64,000 bases of DNA from an uncultured Alphaproteobacteria bacterium (GTDB lineage Bacteria > Pseudomonadota > Alphaproteobacteria > Rhizobiales > Methyloligellaceae), in NCBI GenBank assembly GCA_963846875.1, contig CAWJXT010000019.1, positions 13,225-77,224 on the forward strand. Direction: 5' to 3'. This document shows positions 54,835 to 64,000 of the stretch, piece by piece (positions within the stretch are counted from its first letter, which is position 1; every line of letters begins with the position of its first letter). A program made the position numbers and the translations under genes. A model generated the notes under the pieces. That model did not search any database, had not been told where the DNA came from, and saw only the letters and a program-made list of their open reading frames with translations.

Positions 54835-55239
54835 GTGATCGGACGTTTGAATCACGTGGCCATCGTCGTGCCGGATCTTCCGGCGGCGGTAGAAATTTAT
54901 CGCAGGCGCCTCGGCGCCAAGGTCTCGGAAATAGTGGACCAGCCGGAGCACGGCGTAACGACGGTATTCATCGAGCTGCCCAACACCAAGATCGAGCTGC
55001 TCGGCATACTCGGCGAAAACTCTCCCGTCGCGGGCTTTCTCATGCGCAACCCCAACGGCGGCATCCATCACCTCTGTTACGAGGTCCCCGACATCAAGGA
55101 AGCGCGCGATCGTCTACTCGCCGAGGGTGCCCGCGTGCTGGGCAACGGCGAGCTCAAGATCGGGGCCCACGGCAAGCCCGTGCTGTTCCTCCACCCCAAG
55201 GACTTCTGCGGCACCTTGGTCGAGCTCGAAGAGGCGTAA
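54835..55239 (+). CDS. mce: Methylmalonyl-CoA epimerase
   Basis: RLNHVAI, GGIHHLCYEV, GAHGKPVLFLHPKD..GTLVELE. Confidence 0.94.
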   Translation: MIGRLNHVAIVVPDLPAAVEIYRRRLGAKVSEIVDQPEHGVTTVFIELPNTKIELLGILGENSPVAGFLMRNPNGGIHHLCYEVPDIKEARDRLLAEGARVLGNGELKIGAHGKPVLFLHPKDFCGTLVELEEA

Positions 55240-55241
55240 GC

Positions 55242-55517
55242 ATGACGTTCGCATTCGGTACGGCCCTCTACGTCCTCATCTGGTGGATCGTGCTCTTCGC
55301 CATGCTGCCGATCGGCGTGCGCACCCAGGCCGAGGAAGGCCAGGTGATACCGGGCACCGCGGAAAGCGCGCCCCATACGCCGAAACTGCCGCGGAAAATG
55401 TTGGCGACCACGGTGGTGGCGGCCGTCGTTTTCGCCGCGCTCTACGCAATCATCGTGCACCACGTGATCACGCTCGATCAAATCCCGTTCCTGCCGCGCT
55501 ACGAGACCATACGCTGA
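55242..55517 (+). CDS. DUF1467 family membrane protein
   Basis: Y.LIWWIVLFAMLPIGVRTQ..G...PGT..SAP; conserved position after mce. Confidence 0.88.
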   Translation: MTFAFGTALYVLIWWIVLFAMLPIGVRTQAEEGQVIPGTAESAPHTPKLPRKMLATTVVAAVVFAALYAIIVHHVITLDQIPFLPRYETIR

Positions 55518-55547
55518 GGTAAGTGGTGCCCGCAGGGCGCCCGCGCG

Positions 55548-55745
55548 AAAAAAAGCAAGGTCCGATCGACCTTGCTCTTCTACAACCCAACTCCTTAGCT
55601 CCTAAGCCGGCGCAACTCGCCGTCATGGTGGACAATCGAGAACTCTGGCTAAGGGCGGCAGCGCCTGTGCAACTACACTTTGAGCGCGCCTAGAGCTACT
55701 TCCTCCCAAGACTTGGACCTGGTCCAATCTCAACGCGCAACTCCG
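55548..55745 (-). ncRNA. Candidate sRNA at the alpha-r9 (Smr9C) syntenic position; 5' end uncertain
   Basis: Minus-strand terminator AGCAAGGTC-GATCG-GACCTTGCT followed by a U-run, between DUF1467 and proS, with no matching CDS. Confidence 0.55.
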
Positions 55746-56140
55746 AGATCGACACCGGTCCCGAACACTCCCACGTTGGATTACCACACTAGCGCCCGCG
55801 CGCCAAATTGTCACCATCATAGTGAAATGGCAGCGCGTTTTTCCGCCGGAGCTAACGTTGAGCCGAGCTTGGTAAGCTCCTTGCATGCTCGGCTTGGTCT
55901 TGAGGACCCACTACAACTCTGATTATTGCCACATCAACAAGCACGCAATCGACACTCGCCTCCGACAGGCCTGCCCCCGCAGCGCAGGTGGGCGCCTTTC
56001 AGGCGCTCCACAGGATTGCTTCTCTTCGATAAAGTGAGCTATTAGCCGCGACATGCCGGCGGGAGGCTTGAAAGCCTCTGGCCGAGGCACGGCTTCACCG
56101 CGGCGATGCTTCAGCCGCCCCAAAGACCGGCACGCATTGC

Positions 56141-57490
56141 ATGCGCCTCAGCCGCTACTTCCTACCTTTGCTGCGCGACGATCCGAAGGAAGCCGAGATT
56201 GCTTCCCACCGTCTGATGTTGCGGGCGGGCCTGATCCGCCAATCGAGCGCCGGCATCTATTCCTGGCTCCCCCTGGGATTTAGGGTCCTGAGCAAGATCG
56301 AGCGCATCGTGCGCGAGGAGCAGGATCGTGCCGGCGCCCTCGAATTTCTGATGCCCACGATCCAGCCGGCCGAGCTCTGGCGGCAGAGCGGGCGCTATGA
56401 GGTCTACGGCAAGGAGATGCTGCGCATCAGCGACCGGCATGAACGCGAGATGCTTTACGGGCCGACCAATGAGGAGCTGGTCACCGAGATCTTCCGCGAC
56501 GCGGTGAAGTCCTACAAGGACCTGCCGCGCATCCTCTACCACATCCAATGGAAGTTCCGGGACGAGATCAGGCCGCGATTCGGCGTAATGCGCGGCCGCG
56601 AGTTCCTGATGAAGGATTCCTATTCCTTCGACCTGACGGTCGATGATGCGCGCAAGTCCTACAACAAGATGTTCGTGGCCTATTTGCGCACCTTCGCCCG
56701 CATGGGTCTGAAGTCGGTCCCCATGGCCGCAGAGACCGGGCCGATCGGGGGCGATCTGAGCCATGAGTTCATCATCCTGGCCGAAACGGGCGAGAGCGAG
56801 GTCTATTGCGACAAGGATCTCGTGGAACTCGCCGTGCCGGGCGCCAACCAGGACTATGAGCGCGACCTTGCTCCAGTCGTGCGCGCCTTCACGGGCAAAT
56901 ATGCGGCCACAAGCGAGAAGCACGACGCCGGCCGCTTCGCTAAGGAAGTGCCTGAGGCGAGGCAGATAACCGCCCGCGGTATCGAGGTCGGCCATATTTT
57001 CTTCTTCGGCACCAAGTATTCCGAGCCCATGGGCTGCAAGGTCCAGGGTCCCAGCGGAGGCTTGGTGACGGTGCAAATGGGCTCTTACGGCATTGGCGTT
57101 TCACGCCTGGTCGGCGCCATCGTCGAGGCCTCCCACGACGAGGCCGGCATCATCTGGCCGAAGCAAGTGGCCCCGTTCGACATAGGGCTGCTCAACCTGA
57201 AGGTCGGCGATGCCGACACCGACCGCGCCTGCGAGGACCTTTATGCGCGGCTCGAGGCCGCGGGCTTGAGCGTGCTTTTCGACGACCGCGACGAACGGGC
57301 CGGGGCCAAGTTTACGGCTTTTGACCTGATTGGGCTCCCCTGGCAGCTCATCGTCGGCCCCAAGGGCATCAAAACGGGCGAGGTCGAGCTGAAGGAGCGG
57401 ACGACCGGCGTGCCCCATAGTCTCACCGTCGAAGCCGCCTTCAATCGTCTCATCAGCTCGGCGAGCGAAGCAAGGAGGGAAGTGGCATGA
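56141..57490 (+). CDS. proS: Proline--tRNA ligase (short type)
   Basis: [50 protein letters not shown]. Confidence 0.97.
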   Translation: MRLSRYFLPLLRDDPKEAEIASHRLMLRAGLIRQSSAGIYSWLPLGFRVLSKIERIVREEQDRAGALEFLMPTIQPAELWRQSGRYEVYGKEMLRISDRHEREMLYGPTNEELVTEIFRDAVKSYKDLPRILYHIQWKFRDEIRPRFGVMRGREFLMKDSYSFDLTVDDARKSYNKMFVAYLRTFARMGLKSVPMAAETGPIGGDLSHEFIILAETGESEVYCDKDLVELAVPGANQDYERDLAPVVRAFTGKYAATSEKHDAGRFAKEVPEARQITARGIEVGHIFFFGTKYSEPMGCKVQGPSGGLVTVQMGSYGIGVSRLVGAIVEASHDEAGIIWPKQVAPFDIGLLNLKVGDADTDRACEDLYARLEAAGLSVLFDDRDERAGAKFTAFDLIGLPWQLIVGPKGIKTGEVELKERTTGVPHSLTVEAAFNRLISSASEARREVA

Positions 57491-58755
57491 GCGCATCGGG
57501 CAGCACGCGAGCATTTGCGCCCTTCGAATGGCTGGTGGCGCTTCGCTACTTGCGCGCCCGCCGCAAGGAGGGCTTCATCTCCGTGATCGCGGGGTTTTCC
57601 TTCATCGGCATCATGCTCGGCGTCGCGACGCTGATCATCGTCATGGCGGTGATGAACGGCTTCCGTCAGGAGCTGTTCGACAAGATGCTGGGTTTGAACG
57701 GCCATGTCGTGGTGCACAGCCTTGATGGCGACTTCACGGCGTTTGACGCGGTAGCCACCCGCGTACGCGCCGTCCCCGGCGTCAAATACGCCTTGCCGTT
57801 GATCGAGGGCCAGGTGATGGTCTCCACCCCGCAGACCTCGAGCGGCGCGCTCGTGCGAGGCCTTCGCGAGGCCGACCTGAAACAGCTGAAGTCCGTGGGA
57901 AGCAATATCCGCTTCGGCACCCTGGACGGTTTCGACCAGCAAGCCGGGGTGGCACTTGGGTCAAGGCTCGCTAATGAGCTGAACGTGAAGGTGGGCGACA
58001 AGATCACGCTTCTGTCTCCACGGGGGGCCTCCACAGCGCTTGGCACCGCGCCGAGGGTCAAGAGCTATCCGGTGGTAGCCATCTTCGAGATCGGCATGTC
58101 GGAATATGATTCGAGCATTCTGTTTATGCCGCTCAACGAGGCGCAGCGCTATTTCAATCAGCCCGACAATGTCACCGTACTCGAAGTGGTGCTCAACTCG
58201 CCCGACGAGGTAGGCAAGCTCGGACCTCAGATCCTCGAGGCGGGGGGGCCTACCATTTACATCAGCGATTGGCGCCAGCGTAACGCAACCTTCTTCACGG
58301 CGCTGCAGGTTGAGCGCAACGTGATGTTTCTCATCCTCGCATTGATCGTGCTGGTGGCTGCGTTGAACATCATCTCCGGCCTGACTATGCTGGTGAAGGA
58401 CAAGGGACACGACATTGCTATCCTGCGCACGATGGGCGCCACTCGTGCGGCCATCATGCGCATCTTCTTCATCACCGGCGCCTCGATCGGCATCGTCGGC
58501 ACGCTGGCAGGTTTAGGGCTAGGACTTCTCGTTTGCCTCAACATTGAGAGCTTGCGGGAGTTCATCGGCTGGCTCACCGACACCGAGCTGTTCTCGCCTG
58601 AGCTCTACTACCTGTCACAGATGCCAGCGGAGATGGATTCGGGCGAGACGGTCTCTGTCGTGATCATGGCGCTCGCGCTGTCCATCCTTGCCACGCTCTA
58701 CCCCTCTTGGAGGGCCTCCCGCCTCGATCCTGTCGAAGCATTGCGCTACGAATAG
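57487..58755 (+). CDS. lolC: Lipoprotein-releasing ABC transporter permease LolC/E
   Basis: [49 protein letters not shown]. Confidence 0.92.
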   Translation: MSASGSTRAFAPFEWLVALRYLRARRKEGFISVIAGFSFIGIMLGVATLIIVMAVMNGFRQELFDKMLGLNGHVVVHSLDGDFTAFDAVATRVRAVPGVKYALPLIEGQVMVSTPQTSSGALVRGLREADLKQLKSVGSNIRFGTLDGFDQQAGVALGSRLANELNVKVGDKITLLSPRGASTALGTAPRVKSYPVVAIFEIGMSEYDSSILFMPLNEAQRYFNQPDNVTVLEVVLNSPDEVGKLGPQILEAGGPTIYISDWRQRNATFFTALQVERNVMFLILALIVLVAALNIISGLTMLVKDKGHDIAILRTMGATRAAIMRIFFITGASIGIVGTLAGLGLGLLVCLNIESLREFIGWLTDTELFSPELYYLSQMPAEMDSGETVSVVIMALALSILATLYPSWRASRLDPVEALRYE

Positions 58756-58766
58756 GAGCCGGTGCG

Positions 58767-59495
58767 GTGAATAGCCCTGAAAAAGTGCCGGTGCTTCACC
58801 TCGACCGGCTGGTGCATTGCTATGCCCAAGGCCCGCGGCTGATCGAAGTGTTGAAGGGGGCCTCGGCGGTGTTTTACCCAGGCGAGACGGTGGCACTTCT
58901 CGGACCCTCCGGCGCCGGCAAATCGACACTGCTGCACATTGCTGGTCTGCTTGAACGCCCCGACCGCGGTCAGGTGCTCATCGACGGCACTGATTGCGTG
59001 CGGATGAGCGATGCCGACCGCACACGCATGCGCCGCCTCGAGATCGGTTTCATCTACCAGTTCCATCACCTCTTGCCGGAGTTCTCGGCGCTCGAGAACG
59101 TCTTCCTGCCGCAGCTCATCGTCGGCCGCAGCCGAGCGGAGGCCACGGAGCGGTCGAAGTTTTTGTTGGACGCGCTTGGGCTTGGCGAAAGGTGGGAGCA
59201 CCGCCCGGCGCAGCTCTCCGGCGGCGAACAGCAACGTGTCGCGATCGCCCGCGCCGTCGCCAACGGACCAAAGGTTCTACTTGCCGACGAGCCGTCCGGC
59301 AATCTCGATCCGCCCACCGCTGATCGGGTATTCGACCAGCTCTTGTCGCTCGTCCGCCAGTCGGGTGTTGCGGCCGTGATTGCCACGCACAATCTCGACC
59401 TCGCCGCCCGCATGGACCGCGTTTTGCGGCTGAGCGACGGCCTCCTCCTCGAGGAGGAGGTGGAGCTCGTGCTAAGCGGCCCGCGCCTTACTTAA
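58767..59495 (+). CDS. lolD: Lipoprotein-releasing ABC transporter ATPase
   Basis: [35 protein letters not shown]. Confidence 0.93.
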   Translation: MNSPEKVPVLHLDRLVHCYAQGPRLIEVLKGASAVFYPGETVALLGPSGAGKSTLLHIAGLLERPDRGQVLIDGTDCVRMSDADRTRMRRLEIGFIYQFHHLLPEFSALENVFLPQLIVGRSRAEATERSKFLLDALGLGERWEHRPAQLSGGEQQRVAIARAVANGPKVLLADEPSGNLDPPTADRVFDQLLSLVRQSGVAAVIATHNLDLAARMDRVLRLSDGLLLEEEVELVLSGPRLT

Positions 59496-59625
59496 GCGGC
59501 GGGTGGCTCAATGGAGGCGGCGGCAATGGTTCCGCCACATAAGTCTGCTGGTGATGGAAGCAGCCGCAAAGCCCCAGCGAAGCCGCGATGAGCAGAGCGG
59601 TAACGAGAACGATACGCGTATGCAT
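59488..59625 (-). CDS. 45-aa Pro-rich lipoprotein (not in the ORF track)
   Basis: GGGGGAG RBS; [45 protein letters not shown]. Confidence 0.65.
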   Translation of the reverse strand: MHTRIVLVTALLIAASLGLCGCFHHQQTYVAEPLPPPPLSHPPLK

Positions 59626-59764
59626 GTGACACTCCCCCTATCAATCCTGCCGTCCTAGGCCCCCGCCCCTTAGCGAAGGGTTACTGGACGCCGTAACCCT
59701 GGTGGGCTGCCCTCAAACCGCGCTTCCTGCTTAATTGTTCCTCAGCCCACGGATCTTGCGCTCA

Positions 59765-59779
59765 GAACAAAAAGGGAAC
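59765..59779. promoter_or_regulatory. Alphaproteobacterial LexA (SOS) box upstream of dnaE
   Basis: GAAC-AAAAAGG-GAAC matches GAAC-N7-GAAC exactly. Confidence 0.7.
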
Positions 59780-59910
59780 ACAATCTCGATCACATGCAAG
59801 AATTGCTTGGATATGTCCTACGCGGGGAGCGCCATCGCATTGCATGGCGCGGCGAATCCGCCAGGCTGGGGTCGAGCCTCACCCGCCAGCGTAGCCCGGA
59901 GCCCAACCAC

Positions 59911-62900
59911 GTGACTGAGCCCGCCCATCCTTTCGTGCATTTGCGCGTCCACTCCGCCTATTCGCTGCTGGAAGGGGCGCTGACTATCCCGCGCCTGGTC
60001 GCGCTCGCCCGCGAGAGAGCGATGCCTGCGCTCGCCCTCACCGACTCCAACAATCTCTTTGGCGCACTCGAATTCTCTGCCAGCCTCGCCGAGGCGGGCA
60101 TCCAGCCCATCGTCGGCTGCACCCTGTCCTTGAGCTTCGCCGCTGCTGGGGAGAGCGGTCTGGGAACCGAAACGAAAGCACCACGCGCCGATGGCCGCTT
60201 CGCGCTCCTCGCCAAGGACGCGAGCGGCTACGCCAATCTTATGCGCCTATCGAGCGCCGCTTATTTCGCCGCCGCCGAGACGGGAGAGGTGGTCACGTCG
60301 ATCGCCACGCTTGCGTCGCACGCAGAAGGTTTGATCGCCCTTACCGGCGGCCCTGACGGGGTGATCGACTTGGCCCTCGCCGCCGGTAGCTCCGATCTCG
60401 CCCGCGCGCGCCTGGAGGCACTGCAGGCCATCTTCGGCGACCGGCTCTATGTGGAGCTTCAGCGCCATGGACTGCCACAGGAGCGGGCGGTCGAGGCGCT
60501 GCTGCTCGATCTCGCCTACGCGAGCCAGCTGCCCATCGTCGCCACCAACGAGCCCTACTTTGCCTCGCCGGACGATTTCGAGGCCCACGATGCGCTCATC
60601 TGCATCGCCGAAGGAAGTTATGTCGCGGTCGATCAACGACGGCGCCTCAGCCCCGAGCACTATTTCAAGACCGCGCAGGAGATGGCTCAGATCTTCACCG
60701 ACCTGCCCGAGGCGCTTGCCAATAGCATTGAGATTGCGCGGCGTTGTGCCTATCGGCCCGAGGAGCGGGCACCGATCCTGCCGCAATTCCTGCCCGGCAA
60801 CCGCTCCTCCAATGCGCAAGGAGAGACCGAGGCGGCCGAGCTTCGCCGCCAGTCCGAGGCGGGGCTTGCGCGTCGGTTGGCTGAGGAGGGGCTAGCTCCA
60901 GGCTATGACGCGCGCAGCTATGCCGAGCGCCTCGCCTTTGAGCTCGATGTCATCACCGGCATGAACTATCAGGGCTACTTCCTAATCGTCGCCGACTTCA
61001 TCCAATGGGCGAAGGCGAGGAGCATCCCCGTGGGACCCGGGCGGGGGTCGGGCGCGGGCTCCCTCGTCGCCTGGGCGCTCACCATCACCGATCTCGATCC
61101 CATCCGTTTCGGCCTCCTGTTCGAGCGCTTCCTGAACCCCGAGCGGGTCTCCATGCCCGATTTCGATATCGACTTCTGTCAGGACCGGCGGGACGAGGTG
61201 ATCGGCTATGTGCGCGAGCGCTACGGCGCAGACCGTGTCGCCCACATCATCACCTTCGGCAAACTACAGGCTCGCGCAGTGCTGCGCGACGTGGGGCGCG
61301 TCTTGCAGATGCCCTACGGCCAGGTCGACCGCCTGTGCAAGCTCGTGCCCCACAACCCCGCTAATCCCATCACGTTGCCGCAAGCCATCGCGGTGGAACC
61401 GCGGCTGCAGGGAGCGCGCGACAATGAGCCGATCGTGGCCAAGCTGCTCGATATCGGCCAGCGCTTGGAAGGGCTCTACCGCCACGCCTCGACCCATGCC
61501 GCGGGCGTAGTAATCGCCGATCGCCCGCTGATCGAGCTTGTGCCGCTTTACCGCGATCTTCGCGCCCAGCTCCCGGCGACCCAGTTCAACATGAAATGGG
61601 CGGAAGCCGCGGGGCTCGTGAAGTTCGACTTTTTAGGGCTTAAGACCTTGACCGTGATCGCGACCGCGCGCGCGCTGCTTGCCCGCCGCGGCTTCGAGCT
61701 CGACCCGGCGCCGCTGCCCTTGGACGACCCCCGAACCTACGAGCTCCTGCAGCACGGCGACACCTCAGGGGTGTTCCAACTCGAAGGTGCCGGCATGCGT
61801 GACGTGTTGCGCAAGCTCCGGCCCGACCGCTTCGAGGACATCATCGCCATCGTGGCCCTTTACCGCCCCGGGCCCATGGACAACATCGATAGCTATGTAA
61901 GCCGCAAGCACGGCCGCGAGCAGCCTGACTATCTGCATCCGCTGATCCAGCCCATCCTGGAAGAGACCTATGGGGTGATCATCTACCAGGAGCAGGTCAT
62001 GCAAATCGCGCAAACGCTGTCCGGCTTCTCCCTTGGCGAGGCCGACCTGCTCCGACGCGCCATGGGCAAGAAGATCAAAAAGGAGATGGCGAAGCAGCGT
62101 TCGCGCTTCGTCGAGGGCGCCGTGGGCGAATGGCGTGGAGCGGGCACGGGCCGAACTCATCTTCGAGCTCGTCGCCAAGTTCGCGGGCTATGGCTTTAAC
62201 AAATCCCACGCCGCAGCCTATGCGCTCATCGCCTACCAGACTGCGTATCTTAAGGCGAACCACGCCATCGAGTTCCTGGCGGCATCAATGACGCTGGACA
62301 TCGGCAATGCCGATAAGCTCAACGGATTCGCGCAGGAGGCCCGCCGTCTCGGCATCCGCATCGAGCCCCCGTCCATCAATCACTCGGAGACAGGCTTCAT
62401 TCCGAGCGAGGGCGCCATCCGCTACTCGCTCACCGCCCTCAAGAATGTCGGCCGCCAGGCGGTCGAGCATATTTCCGCAGAGCGGCAAGCGGGCGGCCTG
62501 TTCCGTGATCTCTCCGACTTCGCGCGGCGGATCAATCCGCGGCTCATCAACAAGCGGGCGTTGGAGACCCTTGCCGCCGCGGGCGCGCTGGATGAGCTTG
62601 GGTGCGACCGGGCCACGGCTTACGCCAATGTCGACCGCATCATCGCCGCCGGATCTCGCTCACTCGAGGCGAGCACCGACGGCCAAAACGACCTCTTCGC
62701 CGGCGGCTCGCGCGAGCCGCCGCCCATCGACTTCCGGCCCGCCAATCCCTGGGTCCCGACCGACCGCTTGGGGCGCGAGCTCGAGGCCATCGGCTTTTTT
62801 CTCACCGGTCATCCGCTCGACGACTATCAGGACGTGCTGCAAGCGTTGGGCGCGGAGACCTGGACCGAATTCGCAGCCAAGGCCCAGGCGCGGCGGGTAG

Positions 62901-63380
62901 TGGGCACGGTCGCAGGCACCGTGCTCATGCGGCGCGAGCGCAAGGGCAAGAGCGGAAACGCTTATGCCTTTGTTGCCTTTCTCCGATCCCACCGGCCAGT
63001 TCGAGGCGGTTGTGTTCTCGGAAGCCTTGGCGGCATCACGCGAGCTGCTCGAACCGGGGACCGCTGTCCTACTCGAGGTCGAGGCGGAGGCCGACGGCGA
63101 AAACGTGAAGGCGCGCGTGCAGAGCCTTACCTCACTCGACCACGCCGCGGAGGCGTGCCACGCCGGCATGAAAATCTATCTCGACGGAACGGCGGGTTTA
63201 CGCCCGCTTGCCGAGCAGGTAGGTACGCATGGCGGACAAGGCCAGCTCAGGCTCGTGCTGCGCCTCGACGACCTCTCCCGCGAGGTCGAATTCCTGCTCC
63301 CGCAGGGGATCGATGCCACGCCAAAGCAACGGAGCGCGGTCAAGCTCGTCGCAGGCGTGGCCGCCGTGAGCGTACTATAA
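59911..63380 (+). CDS. dnaE: DNA polymerase III alpha subunit (frameshifts near 62125 and 62979, probable sequencing errors)
   Basis: [46 protein letters not shown] and the OB-fold part are spread over three frames. Confidence 0.95.
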
Positions 63381-63410
63381 GCCAAGCAAATGCAGGGCCT
63401 GCGCGCCCCC

Positions 63411-63439
63411 TTGCCAAGGCGCCAGCCCCTCCCTATAAC
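63411..63439 (+). promoter_or_regulatory. rpsB promoter
   Basis: TTGCCA-N17-TATAAC. Confidence 0.65.
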
Positions 63440-63447
63440 CCCAGGCA

Positions 63448-63570
63448 TCTCACACGCGGGATTCAAGCGTCGCGAGGGCTGTTCATCTTAGCCTAGCGCT
63501 CGCTCCGGTGACCGGCTCTTTCCACCGGTCCTCACGCCCGCGGCGGCAGAACCGGAAAAAGGAGAAGCAG
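63448..63570 (+). promoter_or_regulatory. rpsB 5' leader (S2/t44-like regulatory RNA)
   Basis: CACACGCGGG..GGTG..GACCGG/CCGGTC hairpin..CCCGCG between the promoter and the RBS. Confidence 0.5.
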
Positions 63571-63574
63571 GCCC

Positions 63575-64000
63575 ATGGCACTGCCTAATGTTACCATGCG
63601 TCAGCTACTTGAGGCTGGCGTGCATTTTGGTCATCAGACCCATCGCTGGAACCCGAAGATGGCGCCCTACCTCTACGGGTCACGCAACAATATCCATATC
63701 ATCGATCTGACCCAGACGGTGCCGCTGTTGCACCAGGCGCTGCTTACTGTGGCCGACACTGTGGCCAAGGGCGGCCGCGTGCTCTTCGTCGGCACCAAGC
63801 GGCAGGCCTCCGAGGCCGTCGCGGACGCGGCGCGGTCCTGTGCGCAGTACTACGTCAACCACCGCTGGCTGGGCGGGACGCTGACCAATTGGCGCACCAT
63901 CTCGAACTCGATCCGGCGGCTCAAATCGCTGGAGGAGCTGCTGGCCGGGGAAACTCAGGGTCTGACTAAGAAGGAGCTCCTACAGCTCACCCGCGAGAAG
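63575..64000 (+). CDS. rpsB: 30S ribosomal protein S2 (partial)
   Basis: [39 protein letters not shown]. Confidence 0.97.
   Translation, partial: MALPNVTMRQLLEAGVHFGHQTHRWNPKMAPYLYGSRNNIHIIDLTQTVPLLHQALLTVADTVAKGGRVLFVGTKRQASEAVADAARSCAQYYVNHRWLGGTLTNWRTISNSIRRLKSLEELLAGETQGLTKKELLQLTREK

Noticed and set aside
62120-62985. Programmed frameshifting or a split/intein-containing dnaE
   Set aside because: No slippery heptamer or intein motifs are present. Single-base insertions explain both breaks.

Overview
A GC-rich alphaproteobacterial chromosome segment. Gene order and the porin type suggest Hyphomicrobiales, possibly Methyloceanibacter/Hyphomicrobium-like (inference). The core genes run as follows: phaC (partial), a PLP aminotransferase-hom-glpX-recJ cluster, tRNA-Glu, gloA, a two-domain cold-shock protein, DUF192, tRNA-Pro, an NDUFS4-like protein, tRNA-Arg and a porin; then SDR-metC-sseA-cysK, tRNA-Leu, tig-clpP-clpX-lon-HU, tRNA-Val and tRNA-Asp; then nuoA-N with an FlK-like thioesterase inserted between nuoC and nuoD; then birA, rnj, mce, DUF1467, proS, lolC/E, lolD, dnaE and rpsB (partial). 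There are two accessory regions. The first is a ~1.55 kb integrase-less islet at tRNA-Glu, bounded by a 21-bp att duplication and carrying arm-like repeats. The second is a ~12 kb mosaic (about 13.5-25.9 kb) of small genes, gene fragments and prophage-like remnants. The best leads are: (1) two paralogous three-hairpin candidate sRNAs with C-rich loops, one with a clear promoter and terminator; (2) the translationally coupled thioesterase inside the complex I operon; (3) a degenerate nuclease-fold membrane protein paired with a glycine-zipper lipoprotein; (4) unannotated 27-aa and 45-aa small proteins; (5) a His-rich trigger-factor tail. Small frameshifts in dnaE, nuoL and lon most likely reflect sequencing errors, so frameshift-based pseudogene calls are tentative. 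No CRISPR array, rRNA or intact transposase/integrase was seen.
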